From Candidatus Eiseniibacteriota bacterium (GTDB taxonomy: Bacteria; Joyebacterota; Joyebacteria; Joyebacterales; Joyebacteraceae): DNA of 64,000 nucleotides. The notes below the pieces were generated by a model. The model ran no database searches. It saw only the letters and a program-made list of their open reading frames with translations, and was not told where the DNA came from. The translations under genes were made by a program, and so were the position numbers. The stretch spans positions 1-64,000 of the forward strand of contig JBDRFG010000025.1 in assembly GCA_043819135.1 (NCBI GenBank). The letters are read 5' to 3'. Positions 39,730 to 54,213 of the stretch are shown here, one piece after another. Position 1 is the stretch's first letter. Each line of letters opens with the position of its first letter.

Positions 39730-40440
39730 GTGGCGGACTCAGACGGAACGGCGGAGAAGGGGAGGCTCTTTGTGGTGGCGACGCCCATCGGCAATCTGGG
39801 CGACGCGACGCCGCGATCCATAGAGGTCCTCAAGTCCGTCGACGTGATAGCGGCTGAAGACACAAGGCGCACCAGGAAGCTCCTTGCGCACTTCGGCGTC
39901 TCGACAAGCCTGCTTGCGTACCACGACCACAACGAGGAACGTGTCTCCCGCGACGTCGTGGAGCGCATCGAGGACGGCCAGGACGTCGCGCTCGTGAGCG
40001 ATGCCGGAACGCCTCTCGTCGCCGACCCGGGTTATCGTCTTGTCTCCGCGTGCGCGGAGCGAGGGCTTGAGGTGGTGGCCGTTCCCGGGCCGTCCGCGGT
40101 GATCGCCGCGCTCTCGATCGCCGGGCTTCCCCCTCAACCATTTCACTTCGCCGGCTACCTGCCCAGGAAGAGCGGCCAGCGGCGGAGCAGGCTGGCGTCG
40201 CTTGCGGAGCTTCCCTGCACCGTGGTTTACTACGAGTCGCCCCACAGGATCGCGGCGACACTCGGGGACATGCGAGCGGTTCTGGGGGACCGCAGGGCCG
40301 TGGTCGCCCGCGAGCTGACCAAGGTCCACGAGGAGGTCCTCCGCGGGACGCTGGCCGAGCTGTCGTTGCTGGCCGGCGCCAGGAACCTCAAGGGTGAGAT
40401 CGTCATCGTGGTCGCCGGCCCGGCCCACGGAGCCGGGTGA
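39730..40440 (+). CDS. rsmI: 16S rRNA C1402 2'-O-methyltransferase
   Basis: 'VATPIGNLGD', 'AEDTR', 'VSDAGTP', 'YESPHR', 'RELTK'. Confidence 0.95.
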   Translation: MADSDGTAEKGRLFVVATPIGNLGDATPRSIEVLKSVDVIAAEDTRRTRKLLAHFGVSTSLLAYHDHNEERVSRDVVERIEDGQDVALVSDAGTPLVADPGYRLVSACAERGLEVVAVPGPSAVIAALSIAGLPPQPFHFAGYLPRKSGQRRSRLASLAELPCTVVYYESPHRIAATLGDMRAVLGDRRAVVARELTKVHEEVLRGTLAELSLLAGARNLKGEIVIVVAGPAHGAG

Positions 40441-40492
40441 GATACCGGCCGGTGGGGGTCTCACGGGCGGGGCAGGAGAGTCCGGGAAGAGG

Positions 40493-40522
40493 TTGACACT
40501 TCAGTTTTGTGGGTGTTAGACT
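40493..40522 (+). promoter_or_regulatory. Sigma70-type promoter (TTGACA-N18-TAGACT, extended TGn)
   Basis: Intergenic, upstream of the CDP-alcohol transferase/ino1 pair. Confidence 0.65.
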
Positions 40523-40580
40523 GCTGCGTTCACAAGAGAGTGTCGTCCGCATTTCCCCGACATGAGGTGGGCGTACGAGC

Positions 40581-41177
40581 ATGGCGGCCGGCAGGCTAAA
40601 GAACAGAGTACGCGGGTTCCTCAGTCCCGCCGCACGTCTCGTGGCCGATTTCGGGATCCCTCCGGCTGCCATCACGTTCGCGGGGCTGGTCCTGTCGGTC
40701 TTCTCCGGATGGAGCATCGCCACGGGGCACTTCCTGCGGGCGGGCATCCTGCTGGCGTTCGCGGGGCTGTGCGACATGATCGACGGTGAGACCGCCCGCG
40801 CACGTAACAGGGCCACGGTGTCAGGTGCGTTCCTCGACTCGACAGTCGACCGATATTCCGAGATCGTCGTTCTTCTGGGTGCGCTCTTCTACTACATGGC
40901 ACGGACGCACGGGGCCCCGGAGGTCGGCACGGCAGTAGCGGTCTTCGCCGCCCTCGCCGGTTCTCTGATGGTCAGCTACACGCGGGCGCGGGCCGAGGCC
41001 GTCGGCCAGAGCTGCGAGGTCGGGCTGACCGAGAGGCCGGAGCGCATGATCATACTGATCGTCGGCGCCCTGTTCGGCGAGACGGTCTTCAGGGGGGCGA
41101 TCTGGGTTCTGGCCGTGCTCGCCAACCTGACAGCAATACAGAGGATCCGCCACGTCCTTCTGGAGACGAGAGACTGA
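40581..41177 (+). CDS. CDP-alcohol phosphatidyltransferase (PIP-synthase-like)
   Basis: 'DMIDGETAR...[10 protein letters not shown]' signature; 'SYTRARAE' and 'ERPER' as in PIP/AIP synthases. Confidence 0.88.
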   Translation: MAAGRLKNRVRGFLSPAARLVADFGIPPAAITFAGLVLSVFSGWSIATGHFLRAGILLAFAGLCDMIDGETARARNRATVSGAFLDSTVDRYSEIVVLLGALFYYMARTHGAPEVGTAVAVFAALAGSLMVSYTRARAEAVGQSCEVGLTERPERMIILIVGALFGETVFRGAIWVLAVLANLTAIQRIRHVLLETRD

Positions 41178-41214
41178 TCAGGGCGGCTCTACGTATCCAT
41201 TGGGGGTAACGCTT

Positions 41215-42372
41215 ATGAGCAAGAACGACAAGGTCAGAGTCGCCATCATCGGAGTCGGCAACTGCGCGTCCTCCCTGGTGCAGGGAGTGGAGTACTACAA
41301 GAGCGCGCCGGCCGACGCCTTTGTGCCGGGGCTCATGCACGTGGACCTCGGTGGGTACCACATCGGCGACGTCGAGTTCTCGGCCGCGATCGACATCGAC
41401 AAGAACAAGGTGGGGCACGATATCTCCAAGGCGATATTCACCGAGCCCAACAACACGTACAAGTTCAGCGATGTGCCGGATCTTGGGGTGAGGGTAGCAA
41501 GGGGCATGACGCACGACGGCCTGGGCAAGTACCTTTCCGAGATAATCGAGAAGGCGCCGGGTTCCACCGAGGATATCGTCGAACTCCTGAAGGACACTGA
41601 GACCGACGTCGTGATCAGCTTCCTGCCGGTCGGCAGCGAGGAGGCGACCAAGTGGTATGTCGAGCAGATCCTCGAGGCCGGCTGCGGCTTCGTCAACGGG
41701 ATCCCCGTCTTCATCGCGCGTGAGCGCTATTGGCAGCAGCGCTTCGAGAAGAAGGGTCTGCCCGTCATGGGCGACGACGTCAAGTCCCAGGTCGGCGCCA
41801 CGATCGTGCATCGCGTGTTGACAAGGCTCTTCCGGGACAGGGGAGTCAAGCTCGAGAGGACCAGCCAGCTGAACGTTGGCGGAAACACGGACTTCCTGAA
41901 CATGCTCGAGCGCTCGAGGCTCGAATCGAAGAAGATATCCAAGACGAACGCCGTGACGTCTCAGCTCGACTACGACATTGGTGCGAAGAACGTCCACATC
42001 GGTCCGTCCGACTATATCCCCTGGCTGACCGACCGCAAGTGGGCTTACGTGCGGATGGAGGGAACGACCTTCGGCGACGTTCCGCTCAACGCGGAGCTCA
42101 AGCTTGAGGTCTGGGACTCGCCCAATTCCGCGGGCGTCATGATCGACGCCGTCCGCTGCATGAAGCTCGCGCTCAATCACGGCCTGACGGGGGCCATCGA
42201 GGGCCCGTCGTCCTACTTCTTCAAGTCTCCGCCCGTTCAGCACACCGACGACGAGGCTAGGCGCGCGACCGAGGAGTTCATCTGCGAGCACGCGCGGGAA
42301 GGCTGGTCCTCCAGGAAGAACGTTCCGGGGAACCCGGGCGACAAGGCTTTCGTCGAGGAGCTGTCGAGCTAG
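41215..42372 (+). CDS. ino1: myo-inositol-1(3)-phosphate synthase
   Basis: '[12 protein letters not shown]', 'LPVGSEEA', '[11 protein letters not shown]', 'NVGGNTDF', 'WDSPNSAG'. Confidence 0.95.
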   Translation: MSKNDKVRVAIIGVGNCASSLVQGVEYYKSAPADAFVPGLMHVDLGGYHIGDVEFSAAIDIDKNKVGHDISKAIFTEPNNTYKFSDVPDLGVRVARGMTHDGLGKYLSEIIEKAPGSTEDIVELLKDTETDVVISFLPVGSEEATKWYVEQILEAGCGFVNGIPVFIARERYWQQRFEKKGLPVMGDDVKSQVGATIVHRVLTRLFRDRGVKLERTSQLNVGGNTDFLNMLERSRLESKKISKTNAVTSQLDYDIGAKNVHIGPSDYIPWLTDRKWAYVRMEGTTFGDVPLNAELKLEVWDSPNSAGVMIDAVRCMKLALNHGLTGAIEGPSSYFFKSPPVQHTDDEARRATEEFICEHAREGWSSRKNVPGNPGDKAFVEELSS

Positions 42373-42421
42373 ACGGGGAATCCTGCTATCACGGCGGCCA
42401 CGGAAATCAGGTAGCTGTCTT

Positions 42422-42446
42422 CGAGGCCGGGCGTCGCCCGGCCTCG
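42422..42446 (+). terminator. GC-rich inverted repeat after ino1
   Basis: CGAGGCCGGGCG-t-CGCCCGGCCTCG perfect inverted repeat. Confidence 0.5.
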
Positions 42447-42475
42447 TTCACACACGGTGCCACGGGGGACTCCTC

Positions 42476-43150
42476 ATGTCGCGGTCGCAGTACCCGGGCC
42501 TATTCATCACGTTCGAGGGCGTCGAGGGATGCGGCAAGTCCACTCAGGCGACAGCGTTGCTCGAGAGGCTGCGGGCGGACGGCGTGCCCTCGGTACTGAG
42601 TCGGGAACCCGGCGGGACGCCGGTGGGCGAGCGATGCAGAGAGATCCTGCTCGACGTTGGGAACGCCGGCATGCAGCCGGCGGCCGAGCTCTTCCTGTAC
42701 CTGGCCTCGCGTGCGGAGCACGTCGCGAGGGTGATCGTTCCCAGGTTGGAAGCAGGCGACATCGTCATATCGGACAGATTCGGCGATGCCAGCGTGGCCT
42801 ATCAGGGCGGCGGCAGGGGTCTGGGCACTGAGACGGTGGAAGCGTTGAACCAAGTCGCCACGAGCGGCGTCAAACCGGATGTGACCTTCCTCATGGACCT
42901 CGACCCGTCCGAGGGCCTCGACAGGCTCGTCACGGGGCGAGGAGAGCACTCTCGCGACCGCATAGAGAACGAGGTGCTCGAGTTCCACAAGAGGGTGAGG
43001 GAGGCCTATCTTAAGTTGTCGAGACGAGAGCCCGAGCGCTTCGTGGTCATTGACGCGAGGCTCTCCCGCGAAGAGATAGGGGCGCAGGTCAACGCCGCTG
43101 TCGACGAGTTCCTCGAAAGGCGAGGCTTAGCAACAGGAAGGACACGATGA
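42476..43150 (+). CDS. tmk: Thymidylate kinase
   Basis: 'FEGVEGCGKST', 'REPGGT', 'SDRF', 'AYQG'. Confidence 0.95.
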   Translation: MSRSQYPGLFITFEGVEGCGKSTQATALLERLRADGVPSVLSREPGGTPVGERCREILLDVGNAGMQPAAELFLYLASRAEHVARVIVPRLEAGDIVISDRFGDASVAYQGGGRGLGTETVEALNQVATSGVKPDVTFLMDLDPSEGLDRLVTGRGEHSRDRIENEVLEFHKRVREAYLKLSRREPERFVVIDARLSREEIGAQVNAAVDEFLERRGLATGRTR

Positions 43151-44736
43151 CGAGACGAATGAGAAGAGCGACGCCGATCCTGCTCGCGCTGCTGGTTGGA
43201 GTTCTCGTGGGCGGGTGGTTCGTCGAGCGTGTCAGTGCCAGAAAAGACATCTACTCGTATCTCGACCTGTTCACCGACACCCTGGACAAGGTGGAGAGAG
43301 GCTACGTCGAGGACGTCGAGTCAAAGGAGCTGATGTACGGGGCCATCAGGGGAATGCTTGGTTCCCTGGATCCGTACTCGATGTTCCTGGACGAGGACGA
43401 GTTCAGAGATTTCCAGGTGACTACGGAGGGCGAGTTCGGGGGGCTGGGGATCCAGATAACAGTGCGCGACGGTGTCCTGACGGTCGTTAGTCCCGTGGAA
43501 GGCACTCCCGCGTACGACCTCGGCATCCAGTCGGGCGACCGCATCGTCCGCATCGAGGGTGAGTCGTCCCACGGCATCACGGTGGACGAGGCCATACGGA
43601 AGCTCCGGGGCGAACCCGGGAGCAAGGTCGACATCACCATTCACAGGGAGGGTGTCGAGGAGCTTCTCGAGTACACCGTCACGCGCGACATCATCAAGAT
43701 CGACAGCGTTCCGTACGCCTCCCTGCTTACCGGCGACGTGGGCTACGTTCGGATCGCCAGGTTCTCTCGCACGTCGACCGACGAGCTGTCGGCCAGGCTG
43801 GACGACCTCGAGGACGCCGGCATGAAGAGCCTGATCCTCGATCTCAGGAGCAATCCCGGCGGCCTCCTGACGCAGGCCGTCGACGTCAGTGACATCTTCC
43901 TGGACACCGGCGAGCTCATCGTGAGCACCAGGGGGCGCATGCAGGGACAGAACCAGAGCTTCCACGCACGCACTCCCGCCCGGTTCGATTCCGACTTCCC
44001 CATCGTGGTTCTGGTGAACGGCGGCAGCGCAAGCGCCTCCGAGATCCTCGCGGGCGCGATCCAGGACTGGGACCGCGGGATCGTCGTCGGAACCACGAGC
44101 TTCGGGAAGGGATCCGTCCAGACCCTCATGAGGCTCAGGCCTCTGACAAAAGAGTGCGCGATGAAGCTGACGACCGCCAAGTGGTACATGGCGAGTGGCC
44201 GAGCCATCGAGAAGCCCGAGCGGTGGACGGCCGTGGCCGACGCCGGTGACGCCGAAGAGGGCGAAAACGCCGAGACGGAGCGTCCGGAGTACCGGACCAC
44301 GGGTGGCCGGGTCGTCTACGGTGGCGGCGGCGTGACGCCGGATATCAAGATCGAGCCCCGTCTGCGTCCCGACCTTGTCGTCGACCTGGAGCGCCGCGAG
44401 GAGTTCTTCGAGTTCGCCATCGAGTACGCCGCCTCGCACGAGATCCCCGATGGGGACATCTCGGTCGACGGCGTGATGTGGTCGGAGTTCGTCAAGTTTC
44501 TCGACCGTGACGAATTCAAGTTTGACGAGGCGGAGCTCGACGAGCACCGGGAGGACATCGAGCGCGCGATCCGGCGCGACATGACCAGACGCCTGCGCGA
44601 CCGCGAGGACGCCTACGTGATCGCTCTCGAGGGAGACACCCAGGTGACCGAGGCGGTTGAGATCGCCGGCAAAGCATCGAGCCTGAACGACCTGTTCGAG
44701 ATGGCGGAGTCGTTCGCGCAGTCGGACGACCAGTAG
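43147..44736 (+). CDS. ctpA: S41 family C-terminal processing peptidase
   Basis: 'LDPYS', PDZ 'FGGLGI', 'DLRSNPGG', 'SASASEI', 'FGKGSVQ'. Confidence 0.93.
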   Translation: MTRRMRRATPILLALLVGVLVGGWFVERVSARKDIYSYLDLFTDTLDKVERGYVEDVESKELMYGAIRGMLGSLDPYSMFLDEDEFRDFQVTTEGEFGGLGIQITVRDGVLTVVSPVEGTPAYDLGIQSGDRIVRIEGESSHGITVDEAIRKLRGEPGSKVDITIHREGVEELLEYTVTRDIIKIDSVPYASLLTGDVGYVRIARFSRTSTDELSARLDDLEDAGMKSLILDLRSNPGGLLTQAVDVSDIFLDTGELIVSTRGRMQGQNQSFHARTPARFDSDFPIVVLVNGGSASASEILAGAIQDWDRGIVVGTTSFGKGSVQTLMRLRPLTKECAMKLTTAKWYMASGRAIEKPERWTAVADAGDAEEGENAETERPEYRTTGGRVVYGGGGVTPDIKIEPRLRPDLVVDLERREEFFEFAIEYAASHEIPDGDISVDGVMWSEFVKFLDRDEFKFDEAELDEHREDIERAIRRDMTRRLRDREDAYVIALEGDTQVTEAVEIAGKASSLNDLFEMAESFAQSDDQ

Positions 44737-44819
44737 ACCCGCCACTTCCGCTGTGAGACTCGAGGGGCGGCTCTCCGGAGCCGCCTCTCCGTCGTTCAGA
44801 GCGCGCCGCCGCGCGTTCC

Positions 44820-44849
44820 TTGACGCTCGAGTGGCGGGGGCAATATACT
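44820..44849 (+). promoter_or_regulatory. Sigma70-type promoter (TTGACG-N18-TATACT)
   Basis: The -10 ends 6 nt before the dusB ATG at 44856; no SD. Confidence 0.6.
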
Positions 44850-44855
44850 CCGTTC

Positions 44856-45824
44856 ATGCAAATTGGCAACGTCGTCTGCGAAACCCCGTTCGTGCTGGCT
44901 CCTCTGGCAGGGCTGACCGACAGCCCCATGCGCAGGATATGCAGGCGGCGGGGCGCGTCCATGGTCTGGACGGAAATGGTAAGCGCCGAGGGTCTCGTCC
45001 GAGACGGCGCGAAGTCGTTCGAACTCCTGGCGTTCGCGGAGGAGGAGCGCCCCATCGCGTTCCAGCTCTTCGGAGCGCGCCCTGAGGCAATGGCGGGAGC
45101 GGCCGCAGCCGCGGGTGCACTCGCACCCGACGTCGTAGACATCAACGTCGGCTGTCCCGCGAAGAGCGTGGTGCGCGGAGGGGCGGGCTCGGCTCTGATG
45201 CGCGAGCCCACGCTCCTGAGGGAGATCGCGTCGGCCGTCGTCGAGGCAGCGGGACGGCCCGTCACCGCCAAGATACGGAGCGGGTGGGACGACGACTCAC
45301 AGAACGCGGTGGAGGTGGCCGCGCTTCTGGAGGAGTGCGGCGTCTCCGCGGTGGCCGTGCATCCTCGAACACGCGCGCAGGGATTCAGGGGGTCCGCGGA
45401 CTGGGACGTGATCCGGGAGGTCGCGAGCGCTGTCTCGATCCCGGTCGTGGGAAGTGGTGACGTCAGGACGGCGGAAGATGCGCTCAGGATGCTGGAGACG
45501 ACCGCCTGCGCCGCCGTGATGATCGGACGCGGCGCCGTCGGGAATCCGTGGTTGTTCGAGGACGCCGAGACGCGCAGGTGGACCGGCCGCGCCGCCGATC
45601 CCCGCACGCTCGGTGAGACCCTCGCGACCGCCATCGAGCATCTGAATCTCATGGTGGAGTCGAAGGGAGAGCACCGCGGCGTTCTGGAGATGCGCAAGCA
45701 TCTGGTCGCCTACCTTCGGGGGTTCCACGGAGCCTCACATCTGCGGGCGGAACTCGTGAGAATCGAGTGCCACGGGGCCGTTCTGGAGAGACTCCAGGCC
45801 GCGGTGGATGAATACACCGCCTAG
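44856..45824 (+). CDS. dusB: tRNA-dihydrouridine synthase
   Basis: 'LAPLAG', 'TEMVS', 'DINVGCP', 'KIRSGW', 'HPRT', 'IGRGAVGNPW'. Confidence 0.92.
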   Translation: MQIGNVVCETPFVLAPLAGLTDSPMRRICRRRGASMVWTEMVSAEGLVRDGAKSFELLAFAEEERPIAFQLFGARPEAMAGAAAAAGALAPDVVDINVGCPAKSVVRGGAGSALMREPTLLREIASAVVEAAGRPVTAKIRSGWDDDSQNAVEVAALLEECGVSAVAVHPRTRAQGFRGSADWDVIREVASAVSIPVVGSGDVRTAEDALRMLETTACAAVMIGRGAVGNPWLFEDAETRRWTGRAADPRTLGETLATAIEHLNLMVESKGEHRGVLEMRKHLVAYLRGFHGASHLRAELVRIECHGAVLERLQAAVDEYTA

Positions 45825-45858
45825 CTTCCGGTCCAACGCTTCGAGGGAGGAGCCGACG

Positions 45859-46701
45859 ATGAACGACAACACTCGTGCGGGAGGTTCAGGAGCGAAGCCG
45901 ACCGGGCCCCGAGGTGTTCGGGCCGCGCGTCTCGGGTTCATCGCATCCGGCGTTCTCCTGTCCGCTTCGCTTCTCCCGGGGGGCTGCGCCTTTCCGCCGT
46001 CCAGGAGCGGGAGCGGCGCGGGCACGCTGGAGATCGTGTCGCACACGGTATCGTCCGGTGAGACGCTTGCGTCCATTGCGGACGACTACTACGGCACTCC
46101 GCGCGGATCCTCCTATCTGGCGGACGTCAACGGCATCGATGTCGGCTATCTGCTCGAGACGGGTGCTGTCGTCGACGTGCCTGTCGGAGAGGAGGACATC
46201 GAGCGGTACCGGCGAAGGACCGAGGCGAAGATATTTTACAATCGCGGGACAACTCTCGCGAACGGTGGCGACTACGCGAAGGCGCAGGGAGAATTCGCCG
46301 CGGCCCTCAAGGCCGACCCTCGCTTCGTCGACGCCGCCTACAACCTGGGGGTCGTCCTGCTCGCCGCCGGCGAGCCCGAGCGCGCGGTCGTGATACTGGA
46401 GCAGACGCTGGTGGTCAGACCGGACGAGCCGCTGTTCGAGTTCGCGCTCGGCAAGGCGCATTTCGACGCGGGCCGCGTGCCAGCCGCGCTCGATCACTTC
46501 GAACGAGCCGTGGAACTCGATTCCCAGCTCGAGGACGCGCGCTTCGCCCGCGCGGTAGCGCTCTTGAAGCTCGGAGAGCGTGATGAGGCCATCTTCGCGC
46601 TCGACCTCTATCTCCGGGAGTTTCCGGACGGGACGTGGGCGGAGTCTGCCCGGATGGAACTCGAGAAGCTGGCGCGAGCCGCCGGGGGAACGACGCCTTG
46701 A
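45859..46701 (+). CDS. LysM plus TPR domain protein, probable lipoprotein
   Basis: Hydrophobic segment ending 'PGGC'; LysM 'HTVSSGETLASIADDYYG'; TPR helices. Confidence 0.75.
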   Translation: MNDNTRAGGSGAKPTGPRGVRAARLGFIASGVLLSASLLPGGCAFPPSRSGSGAGTLEIVSHTVSSGETLASIADDYYGTPRGSSYLADVNGIDVGYLLETGAVVDVPVGEEDIERYRRRTEAKIFYNRGTTLANGGDYAKAQGEFAAALKADPRFVDAAYNLGVVLLAAGEPERAVVILEQTLVVRPDEPLFEFALGKAHFDAGRVPAALDHFERAVELDSQLEDARFARAVALLKLGERDEAIFALDLYLREFPDGTWAESARMELEKLARAAGGTTP

Positions 46702-46735
46702 GCGATATCGCCGGGGTCCGTGAACGGGAACGCAC

Positions 46736-49037
<2,302 letters not shown>

Positions 49038-49122
49038 GATACGCAGGTTCGACCGGGGAGCACGGTCTGCCCAAAGCGCACTCGGATCCTCGCCGGCGAT
49101 GCCGGAAGGAGCTGTCTGAACG

Positions 49123-50850
49123 GTGTCGAAGAGATGTCTCATCGCCCTCCTGCTGGTCCTGAGCCTTCCCACGGGATGCGTGTACTACAACACGTTCTAT
49201 CACGCGAGGGCCGCCGCCCGTGAGGCGGAGCTCCTGCGTGAGGTTCGGGCGCCGGACACGCCCCCCGGACCCGCGGAGAAAGAGCTTCTCGAGCGCGTGG
49301 CGGAGAAATGCGGCCGCGTCCTCCACCTTCACCCCGACTCGGGTTGGGCCGACGACGCGCTCCTGCTGCTCGGGACCACGCATTATCACCAGGAACGTTA
49401 CGAGAGCGCGGAACAGCGTCTGACCGAGTTCCTCTCGCTCTATCCGGACAGCGGGCTCCTGCCCGAAGCGCAGTACATGCTCGCCTCCGTGTTCCTGGAG
49501 CGCGGGAATCCCGTCTCGGCCGAAAAACACCTGGCAGCTCTGGCCGAGGCGTCACCGCCTCATCCTCTTTCCGACGACGCCCTGGCCCTGATCGGCAGAG
49601 CGAGACACGACAGGAAGAAATATACGGAGGCATCCGAGGCCTACGAGCAGGCTCTCGAGCGCTTCCCCGGAGGCGACCGTCGCGCGGAGATACGGTTCCT
49701 GAGCGCCCAGAACTACGAGGAGATGGGCGACCTTGAGGCGGCGGCGCGCCAGTACGCGCTGGTACCGAGTGAGCAGGGAGCCAGGAACCTGGCGTTCGAG
49801 GGGCGAATGCGACTCGCGACTGTCGACCTGCTGCGAGGGCTCCCGAGCGAAGCGCTGGAAGTGCTCGGCGATCTCGAGAGGCGTACCGACAACCGCGACG
49901 AGCTCGACCGCGTCCTGCTTCTCAAGGGCAGCGCGCTCGAGGCCAGGGGCGCCGTTGACGATGCGATCACGACATACGAAGGCATTGCCGCATCGCACAA
50001 GAAGTCCGATGCCTCGGCCGAGGCTCACTACAGGATCGGTCTCCTGCACCGCGACCACCACGAGCGTCTGGACGAGGCCAACGCGTCCTTCAGGACGGCC
50101 AAGGACGAGTCTCCTCGGAGCGACATCGCGACGCGCGCCACCGAGGCGGTGAGAGACATCGACAGGCTGGTGGGCTTCCTTGCGACGATCGCCGGTGGGA
50201 GCGCGCAGCCGACCGCGGACGCGGGGAGTGAGGCGCCGGCCGGTAGCTCCGGGGACGAGATGGCCCCTCCGGAGGGGGTCGTCGATGACGCGACCCGGCA
50301 CCTTACGTTTCTACCGACCTTCGACAATGACGGGGAGACAGAGCCATCATCGGCGACCGTCTCAGCGACCGACGCACCGGATGTCGACACGATCGTTCCT
50401 GACTCGATCCGCGCCGCCGCGGCCGAACCCGACTCGACAGACGTTGCCGCGGCCGAACCCGATACGACCGATGCGGTGGCGCCCGATACGACCGATGCGG
50501 TGGCGAACGACATCGAGCTTGTCGGTGACGCCGCCGACACGACCGCCGCCGAGGAATCCGAGGACGAGATGGCGGTCGCCAGGTTCAGGGCGGCCGAGCT
50601 CTATCTCTTCCGTTTCGACGACGCCGAACGCGCACGGACCTACTACGCCTCGGTGGTGGAACACCATTCCGACAGCTCGCTCGCCCCTAAGGCCGCTCTG
50701 GCCCTGGCGTGGATCCTGGAGATGCGGCTGAATGACATCTCGGGGGCACGCGCGGCGTACGAGTCGATAATCGCCGACTATCCAGGTTCGGATTTCGCCG
50801 CCGCTTCCGAAGAACATCTCGAGCGGATGGGCGGGGCCGATACCGACTGA
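49123..50850 (+). CDS. TPR-repeat lipoprotein with acidic repeat linker
   Basis: Lipobox-like 'PTGC', then 'YYNTFY' and many BamD/YbgF-like TPR helices ('YPDS...EAQY', 'YPGSDFA'). Confidence 0.8.
   Translation: MSKRCLIALLLVLSLPTGCVYYNTFYHARAAAREAELLREVRAPDTPPGPAEKELLERVAEKCGRVLHLHPDSGWADDALLLLGTTHYHQERYESAEQRLTEFLSLYPDSGLLPEAQYMLASVFLERGNPVSAEKHLAALAEASPPHPLSDDALALIGRARHDRKKYTEASEAYEQALERFPGGDRRAEIRFLSAQNYEEMGDLEAAARQYALVPSEQGARNLAFEGRMRLATVDLLRGLPSEALEVLGDLERRTDNRDELDRVLLLKGSALEARGAVDDAITTYEGIAASHKKSDASAEAHYRIGLLHRDHHERLDEANASFRTAKDESPRSDIATRATEAVRDIDRLVGFLATIAGGSAQPTADAGSEAPAGSSGDEMAPPEGVVDDATRHLTFLPTFDNDGETEPSSATVSATDAPDVDTIVPDSIRAAAAEPDSTDVAAAEPDTTDAVAPDTTDAVANDIELVGDAADTTAAEESEDEMAVARFRAAELYLFRFDDAERARTYYASVVEHHSDSSLAPKAALALAWILEMRLNDISGARAAYESIIADYPGSDFAAASEEHLERMGGADTD
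50416..50505 (+). repeat. In-frame tandem repeats in the TPR lipoprotein linker
   Basis: GCCGCGGCCGAACCCGA at 50416 and 50446; exact 24-mer CCCGATACGACCGATGCGGTGGCG at 50458 and 50482. Confidence 0.8.
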
Positions 50851-50925
50851 TGCCTGAGTCCGCTGGGCGCGTCGCCCCCGAGAGGGGGCGGGGAGCCGAC
50901 GCGCGGACCGTCGAGGAGCCGACCA

Positions 50926-52299
50926 GTGCTGATTCGAAGTGTGTCGGGAGTTCGAGGACTGATCGCGGATGAGGTGACGCCGGCCCTGGCCCACAGGTAC
51001 GGTCGGGCGTTCGCCGCCCAGACTCCGGGAGACATCGCCGTAGGCTGGGACTCGAGGCTCGGGGGGGACGTCCTCAGGGACGCCGTCGCGGCCGGGATCC
51101 TCGAGGCCGGCGGACGCGTGGTCGATGTCGGCGTGGCTCCCACTCCGACGGTCGGCCTGATCGTGCGGCGACACGGGTTCGCCGGCGGTGTGGTCGTCAC
51201 GGCCAGCCACAATCCCGAGGAGTACAACGGGCTGAAGTTCTTCTCACGGCGGGGGATGTTCCTCTACGGCGACGAGGTCACCCGCCTCTTCGACGCGGTC
51301 GATGGCGCCGAGGACGCGTCAGACAGCGGTCGCTACGCCGCTCCCCACCCCGATCGCCCAGACGTGAGCCGCATGGACGACGCCGTGGGGGAGCACGTGT
51401 CGCTCGTTGTCGCCTCCCCGTTCGTGGACGCGCCGGCCGTGGCCGCCGCGCGGCCGCGCATCGTGGTCGACTGCGTCAACGCCGCGGGATCGGTCATTCT
51501 CCCGAGGCTCTTGCGGGAACTGGGATGTGACGTGGTGGAGTTCAACACCGACACGGGTTCCGGTTTTCCCCGCGGGGCCGAACCCACGCCTGAGAATCTC
51601 GAGGGTCTGAGTCGTGCGGTGGTTGACGAGGGCGCGGCCGCGGGCTTCGCGTGCGACCCCGACGCCGACCGGCTCGCCGTCGTGGATGAGCGCGGCGTTC
51701 CCATCGGCGAGGAACTCACTCTGGCCATAGCCACGCGCGTGGTGCTCGGGGTCAGGCGGGGACCCATCGTGGCGAACCTGTCCACCAGTCTGATGATGGA
51801 CGATCTCGCGAGGGAATTCGGCGTGCCGATCCACCGGACGCCGATCGGCGAGATCAACGTTGTCGCGAAGATGGAAGAGGTGGGGGCCGTCGTCGGCGGC
51901 GAGGGAAACGGGGGCGTGATACTCCCTGACGTGCACATGGGGCGCGATTCCGCCACCGCGTCCGCACTGATAGCCTCGGCCATGGCGGTGGGAGAGTCCG
52001 GCGGCGTGGCGGAACTGGTCGCACGCTTCACGCGCTACTTCTCCGTGAAGAAGAAGCTCAGGCTCGACCGTGCAACGCGAGAGGGCATCGTGGAGGCCAT
52101 GAGAAGCGCATTCCCTGAGGGAGAGCTGGATCTGACGGACGGGGCAAAGATAGCTTGGCCCGACCGCTGGATTCACGCTAGGATGTCCGGTACTGAACCC
52201 GTCGTCCGCGTCATAGCCGAGGCGGCTCGCGAGGCCGACGCCGAGAAACTTGCTGAGGAAGCCGTCTCTGCCGTGTCAAGCGCGGCGGGAGGGGCGTGA
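50926..52299 (+). CDS. glmM: Phosphoglucosamine mutase
   Basis: 'SVSGVRG', 'TASHNP', 'DPDADR', 'GGEGNGG'; coupled to glmS. Confidence 0.85.
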   Translation: MLIRSVSGVRGLIADEVTPALAHRYGRAFAAQTPGDIAVGWDSRLGGDVLRDAVAAGILEAGGRVVDVGVAPTPTVGLIVRRHGFAGGVVVTASHNPEEYNGLKFFSRRGMFLYGDEVTRLFDAVDGAEDASDSGRYAAPHPDRPDVSRMDDAVGEHVSLVVASPFVDAPAVAAARPRIVVDCVNAAGSVILPRLLRELGCDVVEFNTDTGSGFPRGAEPTPENLEGLSRAVVDEGAAAGFACDPDADRLAVVDERGVPIGEELTLAIATRVVLGVRRGPIVANLSTSLMMDDLAREFGVPIHRTPIGEINVVAKMEEVGAVVGGEGNGGVILPDVHMGRDSATASALIASAMAVGESGGVAELVARFTRYFSVKKKLRLDRATREGIVEAMRSAFPEGELDLTDGAKIAWPDRWIHARMSGTEPVVRVIAEAAREADAEKLAEEAVSAVSSAAGGA

Positions 52300-52301
52300 T
52301 C

Positions 52302-54131
<1,830 letters not shown>

Positions 54132-54213
54132 CGCCACCGAGCGACGGCCGCGGCATGATCGCCGCGCGTCCGGCGACCCGCGGGCGACTCGCCCGGGCTC
54201 ATGGAGACTGCAC

